Part shown: positions 53,801-64,000 of the stretch, piece by piece
Layout: every line of letters starts with the position of its first letter
Position numbering within the stretch: the first letter of the stretch is position 1
Source: Thecamonas trahens ATCC 50062
Taxonomy: Eukaryota > Protista > Apusomonadida
DNA: 64,000 nt
Reading direction: 5' to 3'
Assembly (NCBI RefSeq): GCF_000142905.1
Contig: NW_013657664.1
Location: forward strand, 1 to 64,000
The notes under the pieces: generated by a model
Told to the model about the DNA's origin: nothing
The model's input: the letters and a program-made list of their open reading frames with translations, nothing else
Databases searched by the model: none
Translations under genes and position numbers: made by a program

Positions 53801-55053
53801 TTAAAGCGACTGGGTAGTCTGGTTGTTCATGCGGCGCTCGCGGTCCTCGAAGATGTCGGCCTTGATGCCCTTGTTGTTCGGGAGCTTGATCCACGGCTTG
53901 TCGTCACCAAGGATGAAGACGTTGTTGAGGCGGGTAGCGAACTCGCGGCCGGCGTCGTCACGGATGTGGACGATGTCGAAGCCACCAGCATGGTGCTCCT
54001 TGTCGTGGAGGACACCAACACGGCCAATGTTACGGCCCGAGGTGACCATGCAGATGTTGCCGACGGCAAACTTGATGAACTTGGTGACCTTGCCAGTGGC
54101 GATGTCAATCTTGACGGTGTCGTTGACGCGAATGTCGGGGTCCGGGTAGCGGATGGTGCGGCCATCGTGCGTGACGATGTACGGGATACCGCGCGGGCCG
54201 AGCTGCTGGCGGACGACCTTGCCGAGCTTGAACGAGGCAGCCTTGGCGCCGATCTTGACAGCCTGGAAGCGACCCTTCTCGTCGTAGACGAGGCGGAAGT
54301 TCTCGCCGGACTTCTCGATAGTCACGACGTCCATGAGGCCAGCCGGGTAGGTGGCGTCAGTGCGGACCTTGCCGTCAACCTTGACGAGGCGCTGCATGAC
54401 AATGAGGATGACCTCACGCCGGGTGAGGGCGTACTTGAGCCGGTTGCGGAGGAGCACAACGAGCGGCAGGCACTCGCGGAGCTTGTGCGGGCCAGTCGAC
54501 GGGCGCGGCGCCTACTCGATACACAACACAACATCATGTTGTTCTCTGGTGAGTGCACGAGGGGGGGGGGAGGGGGTAGGGGGAGGGGAAAGGGGGGAGT
54601 GTGTCTGCCTGCGACAGCCAAAATAATGGCCATCCCTGGCAAGCCAGCTGTGGCCGACTATGACGGGCAGCATGGGCGGCATATAACACAGAGGGGATGG
54701 GAAACAAGGCATAGGTATGGTGTGTACGTACCCAGACACCGGTGAGCTTGTCAAGCATCCAGTGGGTCGGCGCATTCAGGCGCTTGAGGTGCTTCTTCGG
54801 TCCGCGAGCCTGTGGTCATACAAATGGTGAGATCCGGTCCATCGCCCTTTCCCCCCTTTGCCTCTCCCCCGTCTTCACACCGTCCACCCTCACACCACAC
54901 ACAGCCATAGGAGAAGGCCTCTTACAGCACAACACTGTCTATGCACATATATATGTCATGCTCATTGCTACCCTCCTCCTCTTCGCTTCTCAAAGCTCTT
55001 CTCCAACCCATGCCCCCGCTTCACACGCCCATCCCTTGCCAGTCACATACCAT
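53801..55053 (-). CDS. RPS4: 40S ribosomal protein S4 (eS4); exons 55053-55051, 54809-54732, 54511-53801
   Basis: M|[26 protein letters not shown]|[25 protein letters not shown]; canonical introns. Confidence 0.97.
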
Positions 55054-55130
55054 GTTTGGATGAGAGTTAAGAGGTGGCGTGAAATCCGTGTCAAAGTGTT
55101 GGGGAGTTAAGGACGGCGTCATGCTGTCGC

Positions 55131-55210
55131 CGAACGAACGGACGAGCGAACGAATTGAACGAACGAACGAACGAACGAATTGAACGAACGGACGAACGAA
55201 CGAACGGACG
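55131..55210 (+). repeat. (GAAC)n imperfect microsatellite upstream of RPS4
   Basis: CGAACGAACG.. array. Confidence 0.85.
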
Positions 55211-55526
55211 GGGGAATGAGTGAACAAACGGAACAAGCCAAGCCAAGCCAACATGCTCAGCCTGAGTGGCGAGGGAGCAGAGAGGAAAGGGGGGGGAGGA
55301 GGAGGAGGGGAGGAGGGTCGGAGACATAGTTCCAACGCTTATCACTTGCTGTATGTAATAGTTCTACATGGCACCGACCATGATGTGGCCAAAACAAGTC
55401 CTGATCGCCCGCCCATCATCGCCGCCATAGCCGTGCTGCTCAGGCGGCCAGGGCGCCAAGTCGCCAAGTCGCCGATGTGGCAGAAGCTCGCCCGGGCGTG
55501 GGCACGTCTCCCCAGTCAAGCAGAGG

Positions 55527-56570
55527 ATGGGCATGTTGGGGTGGCGCAAGTGGCCGGGCAACTCGGTGTTCATGTGCTCGGGACGGCTTGTGCGTGGGCC
55601 GACAGGGAGCGGGTCGGCAGGCATGACGCTCGGCGCCATGGCTCTGCCCAACATCCTGTTCTGGGCCATGATCGCCCCGCTCGTCCCGCGGGCGCTTGGC
55701 CAACTCGCGGGCTGGCTTATTCTAGGCTCGACTGCATATTTGCTGGTCCTCTCGCTCACGCTGCTCGCCAAGACTGCGCTGGTCGACCCTGGTATCATCC
55801 CGCCACATCGCGGCGTCTTTCTCGAGCTCGCCGACGATCCCGACCTCCCTGCGTACGAGCTCGGCAAGCACGCGCCCGACGTTGTCGAGAGCACGAGCGA
55901 GCAGGAGGAGGCCGACGACGCGGTCAGTCAGAGATCGAGCGAATCAGAGTCGGAGGCGGCCCGGCGAGCGCGGCGGCGGGCACGGCGGCAGGAGCGGCGG
56001 GAGCGGCGGGAGCGGCGCAAGCGTGAGGCGCAGGCTGCCGACGAGGCGGGCGATGAGCGGATGAGCCACCAGCTGGTAGTCGGGCGCAATGGCGCCAAGA
56101 TCGAGGTCAAGTACTGCCGGACGTGCAAGGTGTACCGCCCGCCGCGGGCCTCGCACTGCGCCGAGTGTGACAATTGCGTCCGCAAGTTTGACCACCACTG
56201 CCCATGGATGGGCACCTGCATCGGCGAGCGCAACTACAAGTACTTTGTGGGCTTTCTCATCGTCACCTCGCTCCTGGCACTAGAGGTGCTGGGTGCGACG
56301 GTGATGACCTGGGTGCGGCTTGAGACTGCGGATGTGACGCCGGTCTTTGTCGGCGGCGCTGTGACCACTATTGTGTACGTGGTGGTCATCGGGTGCTGCC
56401 TTCCCATGCTCTGCTGCTACCACGTCTCGATTCTCTCGCGCAATGTGACCACCCACGAGGACATCCGCAACACTTTTATGGTCCAGGCCAACCCGTTCGA
56501 CTACGGCTGCGTCCGCAACTGGCTTGTCCCGTGCTGCGTCTTTCCAGCCTCGGCGCTCAGCGAGGTGTGA
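55527..56570 (+). CDS. Second DHHC palmitoyltransferase (Erf2/ZDHHC9-14-18-like)
   Basis: [80 protein letters not shown]. Confidence 0.92.
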   Translation: MGMLGWRKWPGNSVFMCSGRLVRGPTGSGSAGMTLGAMALPNILFWAMIAPLVPRALGQLAGWLILGSTAYLLVLSLTLLAKTALVDPGIIPPHRGVFLELADDPDLPAYELGKHAPDVVESTSEQEEADDAVSQRSSESESEAARRARRRARRQERRERRERRKREAQAADEAGDERMSHQLVVGRNGAKIEVKYCRTCKVYRPPRASHCAECDNCVRKFDHHCPWMGTCIGERNYKYFVGFLIVTSLLALEVLGATVMTWVRLETADVTPVFVGGAVTTIVYVVVIGCCLPMLCCYHVSILSRNVTTHEDIRNTFMVQANPFDYGCVRNWLVPCCVFPASALSEV

Positions 56571-56632
56571 GTCGCAGCCTGCGTCGGTCTTTACCTCACA
56601 GCGGGACAGAGTTACGGCAGAAGCAAGAGCGA

Positions 56633-57035
56633 TCAGATCTGAGAGGCCTTATCATTAGGGTTCTCCTCCAGCGCGTCCTGCTGGGCAACGACGCGGAGGA
56701 CGGCCTTCTTGGACGTCTCCTGCTGCTCACCGCCAATGATGAGCTCGTCGAGAAGGTAGTACGCCGTCATAAAGTTCATGATGAGGTCCAGCTCGCAGAC
56801 ATTGCCGTACGCCTTGTCCAGGATCTCAACATACTGATGGATGGTCTCAAGCGTGATGAGCTCGTTGTCGTCCATGTCGATGGCAGCCACAAAGTACAAA
56901 CTCGCGTACCGCCGATACACCAGCTTGTAGCCCTTCCACTCGATAAAGTTGCAAAGCTTTGCATCACGAGCAAGTACCAGCTGCGTCACCTCTTTCACCG
57001 TCTTGGTCTTCTCCTTGGCCGAGAACGACGAGTAC
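56633..57035 (-). CDS. AP1S1: AP-1 adaptor sigma subunit, lacking about 19 N-terminal codons in this window
   Basis: LCNFIEWKGYKLVYRRYASLYF, DNELITLETIH, GNVCELDLIMNF, DELIIGGEQQETSKKAVL. Confidence 0.88.
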
Positions 57036-57120
57036 CTCGGCGGACCAAGTTGACGACCCCCCTACCGCCACAAGCCAAACCCGTTACACATCACTCTGTT
57101 TGTCTTTCACGTCATCAGAT

Positions 57121-59157
57121 ATGGTACGCATACTACGTCAACTACTCCTCCCATGAGGGATTCTCCTCATTCCCTTCCCCTTCCCCTTCCCTTCCCCCCC
57201 CCCCCCCTCGCCTATTCTCCCGCAGTCGCAAGCCACTCGTCCACCAGTCGCTGCCGCTTCGTTGCCGTCGCTCGGCGAGCGACTCCTTCTCTCGCCGCCG
57301 CCGCATGACACCAAATATGTCGTCGTGACTGGAGGAGTGCTTTCGGGCGTTGGCAAGGGTGTTCTTGCTTCATCCACGGGAGTCATTCTCAAGTCTCGTG
57401 GTATCAACATCACCCACGTCAAGATCGACCCCTACATCAACATTGATGCCGGCTGCATGTCGCCGTACGAACACGGCGAAGTGTTTGTCCTTGACGATGG
57501 AGGAGAGGTCGATCTGGATCTGGGCAACTACGAGCGGTTCGGTGACATCACCCTCACCTCGGACCACAACATCACCACCGGCAAGATGTATATGGAAGTC
57601 ATCCAGGCCGAGCGCCGCGGCGCGTACCTGGGCAAGACTGTCCAGGTTGTGCCACATGTGTGTAACGCGGTGAAGGACTGGATCAACCGCGTGGCGCGGA
57701 TGCCTGTCAGTCGCTTTGGCGGCATCCCGCAGGTCTGCATCATCGAACTCGGCGGAACGATCGGCGACATCGAGTCGATGCCGTTCATTGAGGCTATGCG
57801 CCAGATGCAGTACGAGACGCCCGCCGAAGACTTTGCCCTCATCCACGTCTCGCTCGTCCCCACCATTGGCTCCGAGGCCAAGACCAAGCCGACCCAGCAC
57901 TCTGTCAAGACCCTGCGCGGACTCGGCCTCTCGCCCAACGTCATCGTCTGCCGGTCGCAGGACCCGCTGCCCGAGTCGGTCCGCGCCAAGATTGCGCTCA
58001 ATGGTCACGTCCAGCTCCCGCAGGTGCTTTCGGTCTACAACCTGGCCAACGTCTTCCACGTCCCGTGCCTGCTCGAGGACAACGGGCTGACCGACTACCT
58101 CATGTCGCACCTCCAGCTGGTGCCGGACGAGGAGCTCGTCAGCGCGTACTCGCTCAGCAACTGGCGCCTGATGGCCACCGCCATCGACAAGACCACCACC
58201 CCGGTCTCCATCGCCCTCGTCGGCAAGTACCTCGACTCGGCGTCGGACACGTACCACTCGCTCATCAAGGCGCTCAACCACGCGGCATACGCCGCCCATC
58301 GCAAGCTCAACCTCGTTCTCGTCGAGGCCCCCTCACTCGAGAAAGCCATGCTCGACTCGGACGCTCCCGAGTACCACGCGACCTGGGCCAAGCTCTGCTC
58401 TGCCGACGGTGTCATTGTGCCCGGAGGCTTTGGCGAGCGCGGCTTTGAGGGCAAGATGGCCGCCGCAAAGTGGTGCCGCGAGCACAAGATCCCGTTCCTC
58501 GGCATCTGCCTTGGCCTCCAGGTTGCCGTCATCGAGTACGCCCGCTCCGTCCTCCGCATCATCGACGCTGCGTCGGAGGAGATGGATTCCGACGCTGCCG
58601 AGCCCGTCATCCTCAACATGCCCGAGGTCTCCACCACCCAACTCGGCGGCACCATGCGCCTCGGCTCGCGCCCGACCGACATTGCCCACAACACCCTCGC
58701 TCACAAGCTTTACGGCACCGACATCGTTTACGAGCGCCACCGCCACCGCTACGAGGTCAACCCCGAGTACATCGACCGCCTCGAGGCCAAGGGCGAGCTG
58801 GTCTTTTCCGGCAAGGGCGACGAGAACCGCCGCATGGAAATCGTCGAGCTCAAGAGCCATCCCTTCTACTTTGCCACCCAGTTCCATCCCGAGTACACCA
58901 CTCGCCCGCTCGTGCCGTCACCGCCCTTCCTCGGCCTCCTCCTCGCGGCCTCGTCTCAGCTCGACCACTACCTCGCCACCGGCTGCATCGAGGACCCGCA
59001 CGCTTCGCGCGCTCGCGCAAAGACCCCCAGGAACGTTGTGCCCGAGTGGTCCACCCCGCCTCCCACCCCACGCACCTCCGCCACCCAATCCACCCCGGAG
59101 CCGACCGCCGCCGCCGCTTCGTCATCGGCCGCGCCCTCGGCCACTCGTGCTTCGTGA
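57121..59157 (+). CDS. CTPS: CTP synthase; ATG-only exon 57121-57123, intron 57124-57225
   Basis: KYVVVTGGVLSGVGKG, KIDPYINIDAG, HGEVFVLDDGGEVDLDLGNYERF, GICLGLQ, ERHRHRYEVN, QFHPE. Confidence 0.97.
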
Positions 59158-59308
59158 GCGCACCCCGTCTCGCCAACACGGGCGCGGAGCCGCGGCGCCC
59201 CCAGCACGCCGCCTCCTCGTGCCGTCTTGCTCGTTGATCGACATCAAAGAAAGGGAATAGCAGCTACTGGCCTTCACCCGCATGCGCACGCCTCCGCCCG
59301 CCCGCTTG

Positions 59309-62300
59309 CTACAGCTCGGTCGCCAGCCGCTCCAGCCGCTCGCTCCACGCAAGATCCAGCAGAACTCCCAACTCGTCGACGTCGACCGTCTGCGGCGCGT
59401 ACTTTTCCGTCGACGTGGCATCAAACAGAAAGTAGTGCCGCCCACCCACGGCCGTCGCCGTGTGGTAGTGGCAGAGGCACATGTCACCCGCTGCAATGTT
59501 CTCTACAAGCGCCACCTTTTGCGACGGCGGCGTAAAGACAAGATTGACCATGCCGGCGCCCGAGGTGCCAAACACCATTCCGGCCCGCGAAAACAGCGAG
59601 ATCGTATCCTCGAGTGTCAGTGGCTCCGAATCGTCAAACACCACCAGCTGCGAGCCATACTTGCTCTGCAGCAGCTCGAGGACCTCGGCGTCGTTGACCG
59701 CAGGCCGCGTCACCGTCCGCCGAATGTACACAATCGGATCGTTCCGGCTCCCGCGCGCCGCCGCCCGGCTCAGCCCGGTCTCCTCTGCGAACGCCCTGTA
59801 GATCGCTGCGGCGCCCTCAGCGGTAATGTAGTACACAGTCGACGGCCGTGCAAAGTACACTCCGTCTGACGGGAGCACCACCTGGTGGTGCGAGAACGGG
59901 AGCACTCGCTCGCCGAGCCCGATCACCTCCAGCGCATGCTGCACATACCCAAAGCCGACGTACATGTAGATCCACATCTTGTCGTTGTCGCGCCAAAGGC
60001 TCTCGCCAAGCAGCAACCGTGGCACCGTCTCGGCCCAAAAGTGAAAGTAGAGCTCGGACCAGTTCGTGACCAGGTTGTACACCACGCCCTCCACCCTCAG
60101 CAGCATTGGCCGGATCCGCGGCCCGCGCGCCTCCGACCGCATACGCCACGCGTACGCCATTTGGTCGTCGGCATCGGTGAGCCCAACATTGAGGACGTAG
60201 TCACGGTCAAAGACCAGCCCGTCCTCGCCCACAGCCCCGTCCGGGATGTAGACCACCCACGACGCGTTGTTCTCCACCGGCCACACCATCCGCCCATTCA
60301 CATCGGCGTGGTTTGGGTGCACAACCTTGTCAGCATACAGCGAGTCATACTTGGCCGTCGACTTGGGTCGTTCCCGCTCAAACGTCGCCAGCGGCGTCGG
60401 GCCGACGACTGCCGGGTATTGCGCCAAGACCTCGCGCGGATCACGGAGCATTTGCACCGCCATCGGATCCACCACCATGGCCGGCGCCACTGAGTCCGCC
60501 ACCCGCGCCACAAACTGGGGCAGGTCGGCCCAGGTGTGCGGCGGAAACGGACCAAACGCGCTTTCAAACGCGGCGAACCGTGCCTCGTCGCGCGGAACAG
60601 ATTGCGCCGGCGGGCCAAAGTACGGCGCATACACAATGCCGCGAATCATTGCGTCTGTCCCGCCCGCAACGTTGCACACGTCAATCAGCATGTCATAGAA
60701 AGCCTTGTTGATCAAGAGCGCAGAGCCGTCCGACGTCGCGTAGCTGTACGGCGAGCTCGAGCTCACGACATCGAGCAGGTACCCACTCTCCCGCGTCGCG
60801 AGCAGCGGCGCCCACGCCTCCCAAACAACGTCGCCAGTGTGGCGCGCTGCCGTACCGGCGTCGTCGTCGACGTATCCGCCCCAGAACTCGGACGCAGTGG
60901 CAATAACGTTGGCCCGCGCAAGGAGCTCGACAACCCTGGCTACTTCGTCCTTACCCGACGTCTCGGTGAGCGCGTGCGCCCCGAGGGTGTGGCTCTCGCA
61001 TCGCCCATCAAGCCTCCGCTCAAGCTCGCGCCCCACATCGACAACCCCGTCCGGCACACGGCCAGCCGCCCGGAACGACGCTAGCCATCCGGCCAGCGGG
61101 CGCTCGAGAGAGACCGCGACGCACGAGGTGTAGTTGTACTCCCCGAGGATCTCGGCTTCGGACGCAAGCTGCGGCACGTACGTCTTGCGGATGGCCGCAA
61201 GCCATGCTGCCATTGTCTCGTGCGTCACAAACTTGTGCGGCGCCTGCCGGATCCAGACCGCTGCCGATGAGAGGACGGCTACCCCGCGCGGTACCCACAA
61301 GATGCTTGCCGGTGTCAAGCCAAGGACCTTAAAGCCAAAGGCCTCCAGTACAAAATCAACCGCAGGCGCCCGATGCGGTGCATGTAGGCAGAGCGGTAGC
61401 GCAATGCGCAGCTCCGTGTGCGCAAACCCCCACTCATCAACCACCACACCGAGCGCACTTGCCACCGCCGGAAGCACCTCGGCAAACACCATCCGCCCCG
61501 CCTCACCGATCGAGCTCATGCACGCCCGACCTGCTAAATGCAAAAACGAGAGCAGCAGCTCATTGCCGGCGAGCTTCATCGTTCTTGCCCGGCGAGCGCT
61601 CCCGCGAGTCGCCTTGTGGCCAGAGAGCACACGATGCTGCCAGACGAGCTGATCGTCAACGGCAGAGCGGCCGGGATCCTGCAGCGGCAAGTCATCAAAA
61701 TGAACCATGATCCGACCATTAGCCAGCGTCCCGTTGGGCAGGACAACACAGTGGGCGAGGAGGACGGCAAAGTCATGGGTATCGTTGAGCCACCGCGGCG
61801 AGAGGTCGCTTCGGTACAAGTTCGGACCCCAAGCATCGACTCGTTTGTGAATCAGAGGCCACCACGCGGCCTGGGGAAGAACAAGCGGCTTGGCATAAGC
61901 CTTGAGCATGCCCCATCTTGTTCTTGCCTCCCAACGAGATGCAGCCATCATGTAGTTAGCCACATACCACCCACGGTGGCCCATGAGGTGGATGGTCGCC
62001 TCATGCCCGCGCCACCGATGTTCCACCTCGGGGCCATGCGCAAACAAGACACAGGCAACAACAACAAGCAAGCAAGCAATCATACTCGCAAGCCAGGTTG
62101 CTGGTCGCGCTATCTGTCGCGCTCGCCGTGTTATCACAGACATCGGTCTGCGAACCATGCATATCACCTTCCTCCCCACCTGAGCACTCGCTCGCCACAT
62201 CCTGCCACTCAAACTGAGAACGCTCGAGCATCGGCATGGCGCCATTTTCGGCTCGGGCAGAAGGGAAGCAGAGTGAGAGACAGATGTGCCCACCATGACG

Positions 62301-62616
62301 CCCACGCCCACCATCATGTTCACCATCACACCTTGACAAAGCAAAGTACGGATGAGGACATCACCACGCACCACGCGCTCCAACCATGTACACTTCCGAT
62401 AGGGCTACGGTAGGGATTCGGCCTTTGACTACCACATGTGACAGTCGTGGTTTGCGTCAGCGTTCATTCGAGTGAGGCGTGCATCGAGCCAGAGAGCGCC
62501 AGAGAGGCGAACGCGTGGGGAGGGGGGGGGGGGGGGGGGGCCGGGTCGGCAAGCTCAAGCTCAGCCATACCTGACTCTTAGACGTACGTACCTTCTGAGT
62601 CTTCAGTCCATGTCAT
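59309..62616 (-). CDS. Type II membrane glycosyltransferase, GT61/DUF563-like; short first exon 62616-62592, acceptor uncertain
   Basis: N-terminal signal anchor; YFHFWAETVPRLL, VYIRR...N..EV, TISLFSRAGMVFGTSGAGMVNLVF. Confidence 0.75.
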
Positions 62617-63023
62617 GTTGCAGCGTATTGCTTGTATGGCTGGAGTACCATGTGCGAATTGCGCAGTGTAGTCGCTGTGAGGGGTCGGGGTCAGCGGGGG
62701 GAGAGGGGATCGCAGCCTTGGCGCCAACGTCACGTTGCTTTTTGTAGCCATCGTTTGTCCGGTCTTTTCTGGCAGACTGCGCAGAAAACAAGCAGCAGAT
62801 CTCAGAGGCTGTCCTGAACAGACGAGCTCTAGGTGTTAGAGCTATTTGGCTGTGGCAGGAAAAAATAGCAAGAGGATGAGGATGAGGTCAAACTGTCGTC
62901 ATGGGGAGGGATGTATGTGTGTCGGGAAGGTGTGATCGGGGGGGTTTTTTTTCTCCTTCATGTCAAAGAGCGCTCACCTTGATCCCTCTCTACGCGCTAC
63001 GTCTTTGGACGGCTAGGTCGAGC

Positions 63024-64000
63024 ATGTCGTCATACTCCGAGTCGGAATCTGGGTCGAGCTACGGCTATGACGACGAGTACACGTGCGTGACCGAGGAGAG
63101 CGGGTCGGAGCCGGTGGTGGCGGCGGCAGCAGGAGGATGTGACATGGAAAAGGTCGATCCGCCGTCTGTGGAGGAGACCGAGACAGTGGGCGTGGCGCTG
63201 TCGGGTGGTGGCATCCGGTCTGCATCGTTCTGCCTGGGTGGACTTCAGGAACTTGCACGTGCAGGCGTTCTGCAGCAGGCCAAGTACCTGTCGAGCGTGT
63301 CAGGAGGCGGGTACACGGCGTCGGCGATGTATGCGATGGCCAAGGTCGAGGGCAAGGCGTTCGACGAGGGAGCGGTCGAGATTGTGGACAAGGTCCACCG
63401 CAAGATGGTGAGCCGGTCGCAGTGGCTCACGCCGTGGGCGACTGAGCCGGAGAATGACGGCATTTCCGCCGGATGGCGGTTTGGCGTGCTGATCAAGTAC
63501 GCGATGCTGTACCTGACTTGCGTTGTCACGCTTTTTACCAACATTGTGTGGGGCATTGCGCTGGCGGCGCCGGTCACCATCATCATCGACGAGTTTGTGG
63601 GCGCCAAGCTGCGGGCATCGTCGTCGTCGACCTCATTTTTCAACGACCTTCTCGATCTGGAAGTTCCGCTTGCGTTTTCCATCTGTGGCGGATGCATCGT
63701 CATTACGATCGTGACCTGGCTTGTGCGGCAGAGCTTGAGCGAGAAGCCACAGTCGCGGACGCGCGATATCCTGGTGACCGGAACGGAGCTGACGACGCGA
63801 CTGGGGGCGCTGCTCTCGATGGCGGTCATCCTTCTTGTCACTTTTCTCACCATCCTTTGGCACGACGAGTTCAACTCGGAGCTGCAGCGGACGGCTTGGA
63901 CGCTGCTTGTTGTCTTTATCCTCATTTCTGTCACGCCTGCACAGGGCACGCTGCGACGGGTCTTTCTCGCTGTCGGCGGCGCGATCGTGATGGCGGCGGC
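63024..64000 (+). CDS. Patatin/cPLA2-like phospholipase with TM segments, running off the window end (absent from the ORF track)
   Basis: Open from ATG 63024: VGVALSGGGIRSASFCLGGLQEL...YLSSVSGGGYTA, followed by several hydrophobic helices. Confidence 0.85.
   Translation, partial: MSSYSESESGSSYGYDDEYTCVTEESGSEPVVAAAAGGCDMEKVDPPSVEETETVGVALSGGGIRSASFCLGGLQELARAGVLQQAKYLSSVSGGGYTASAMYAMAKVEGKAFDEGAVEIVDKVHRKMVSRSQWLTPWATEPENDGISAGWRFGVLIKYAMLYLTCVVTLFTNIVWGIALAAPVTIIIDEFVGAKLRASSSSTSFFNDLLDLEVPLAFSICGGCIVITIVTWLVRQSLSEKPQSRTRDILVTGTELTTRLGALLSMAVILLVTFLTILWHDEFNSELQRTAWTLLVVFILISVTPAQGTLRRVFLAVGGAIVMAA

Noticed and set aside
57305-57320. Frameshifted ATG at 57305 as the CTPS start
   Set aside because: An in-frame spliced start (ATG 57121 plus a canonical intron) explains the gene without an error
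3382-63949. Many long overlapping antisense or alternative-frame ORFs
   Set aside because: They are shadow ORFs expected from high GC3 content opposite real genes

Overview
This is GC-rich, very gene-dense eukaryotic nuclear DNA from a chromosome/scaffold end. It has short GT-AG introns with GTACGT/GTATGT donors and three 100-N gaps. The content (flagellar DRC12, SMC5, APC6, NDUFA1, TTAGGG-type repeats) fits a flagellated protist, and the style suggests an apusomonad such as Thecamonas trahens (inference only). The window starts with (CCTA)21 followed by (CCTAAC)10 and a duplicated subtelomere, then about 28 mostly housekeeping genes, several of which I rebuilt from spliced exons that the ORF track misses. 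The most unusual signal is a 1.5-kb non-coding block (40890-42400). It appears to hold two related plus-strand structured RNAs (about 280 nt and about 1000 nt), densely tiled with hairpins and sharing 5', internal and 3' motifs, and it matches no RNA family I recognise. Other notable points are the 4-nt terminal repeat, an AP-1 sigma gene with no first exon in the window, six single-base frameshifts at homopolymers (probably sequencing error), a QTGAL/B3GNTL1 homologue, and several unusual domain fusions. All assignments come from motif recognition by eye; no database searches or folding programs were run.
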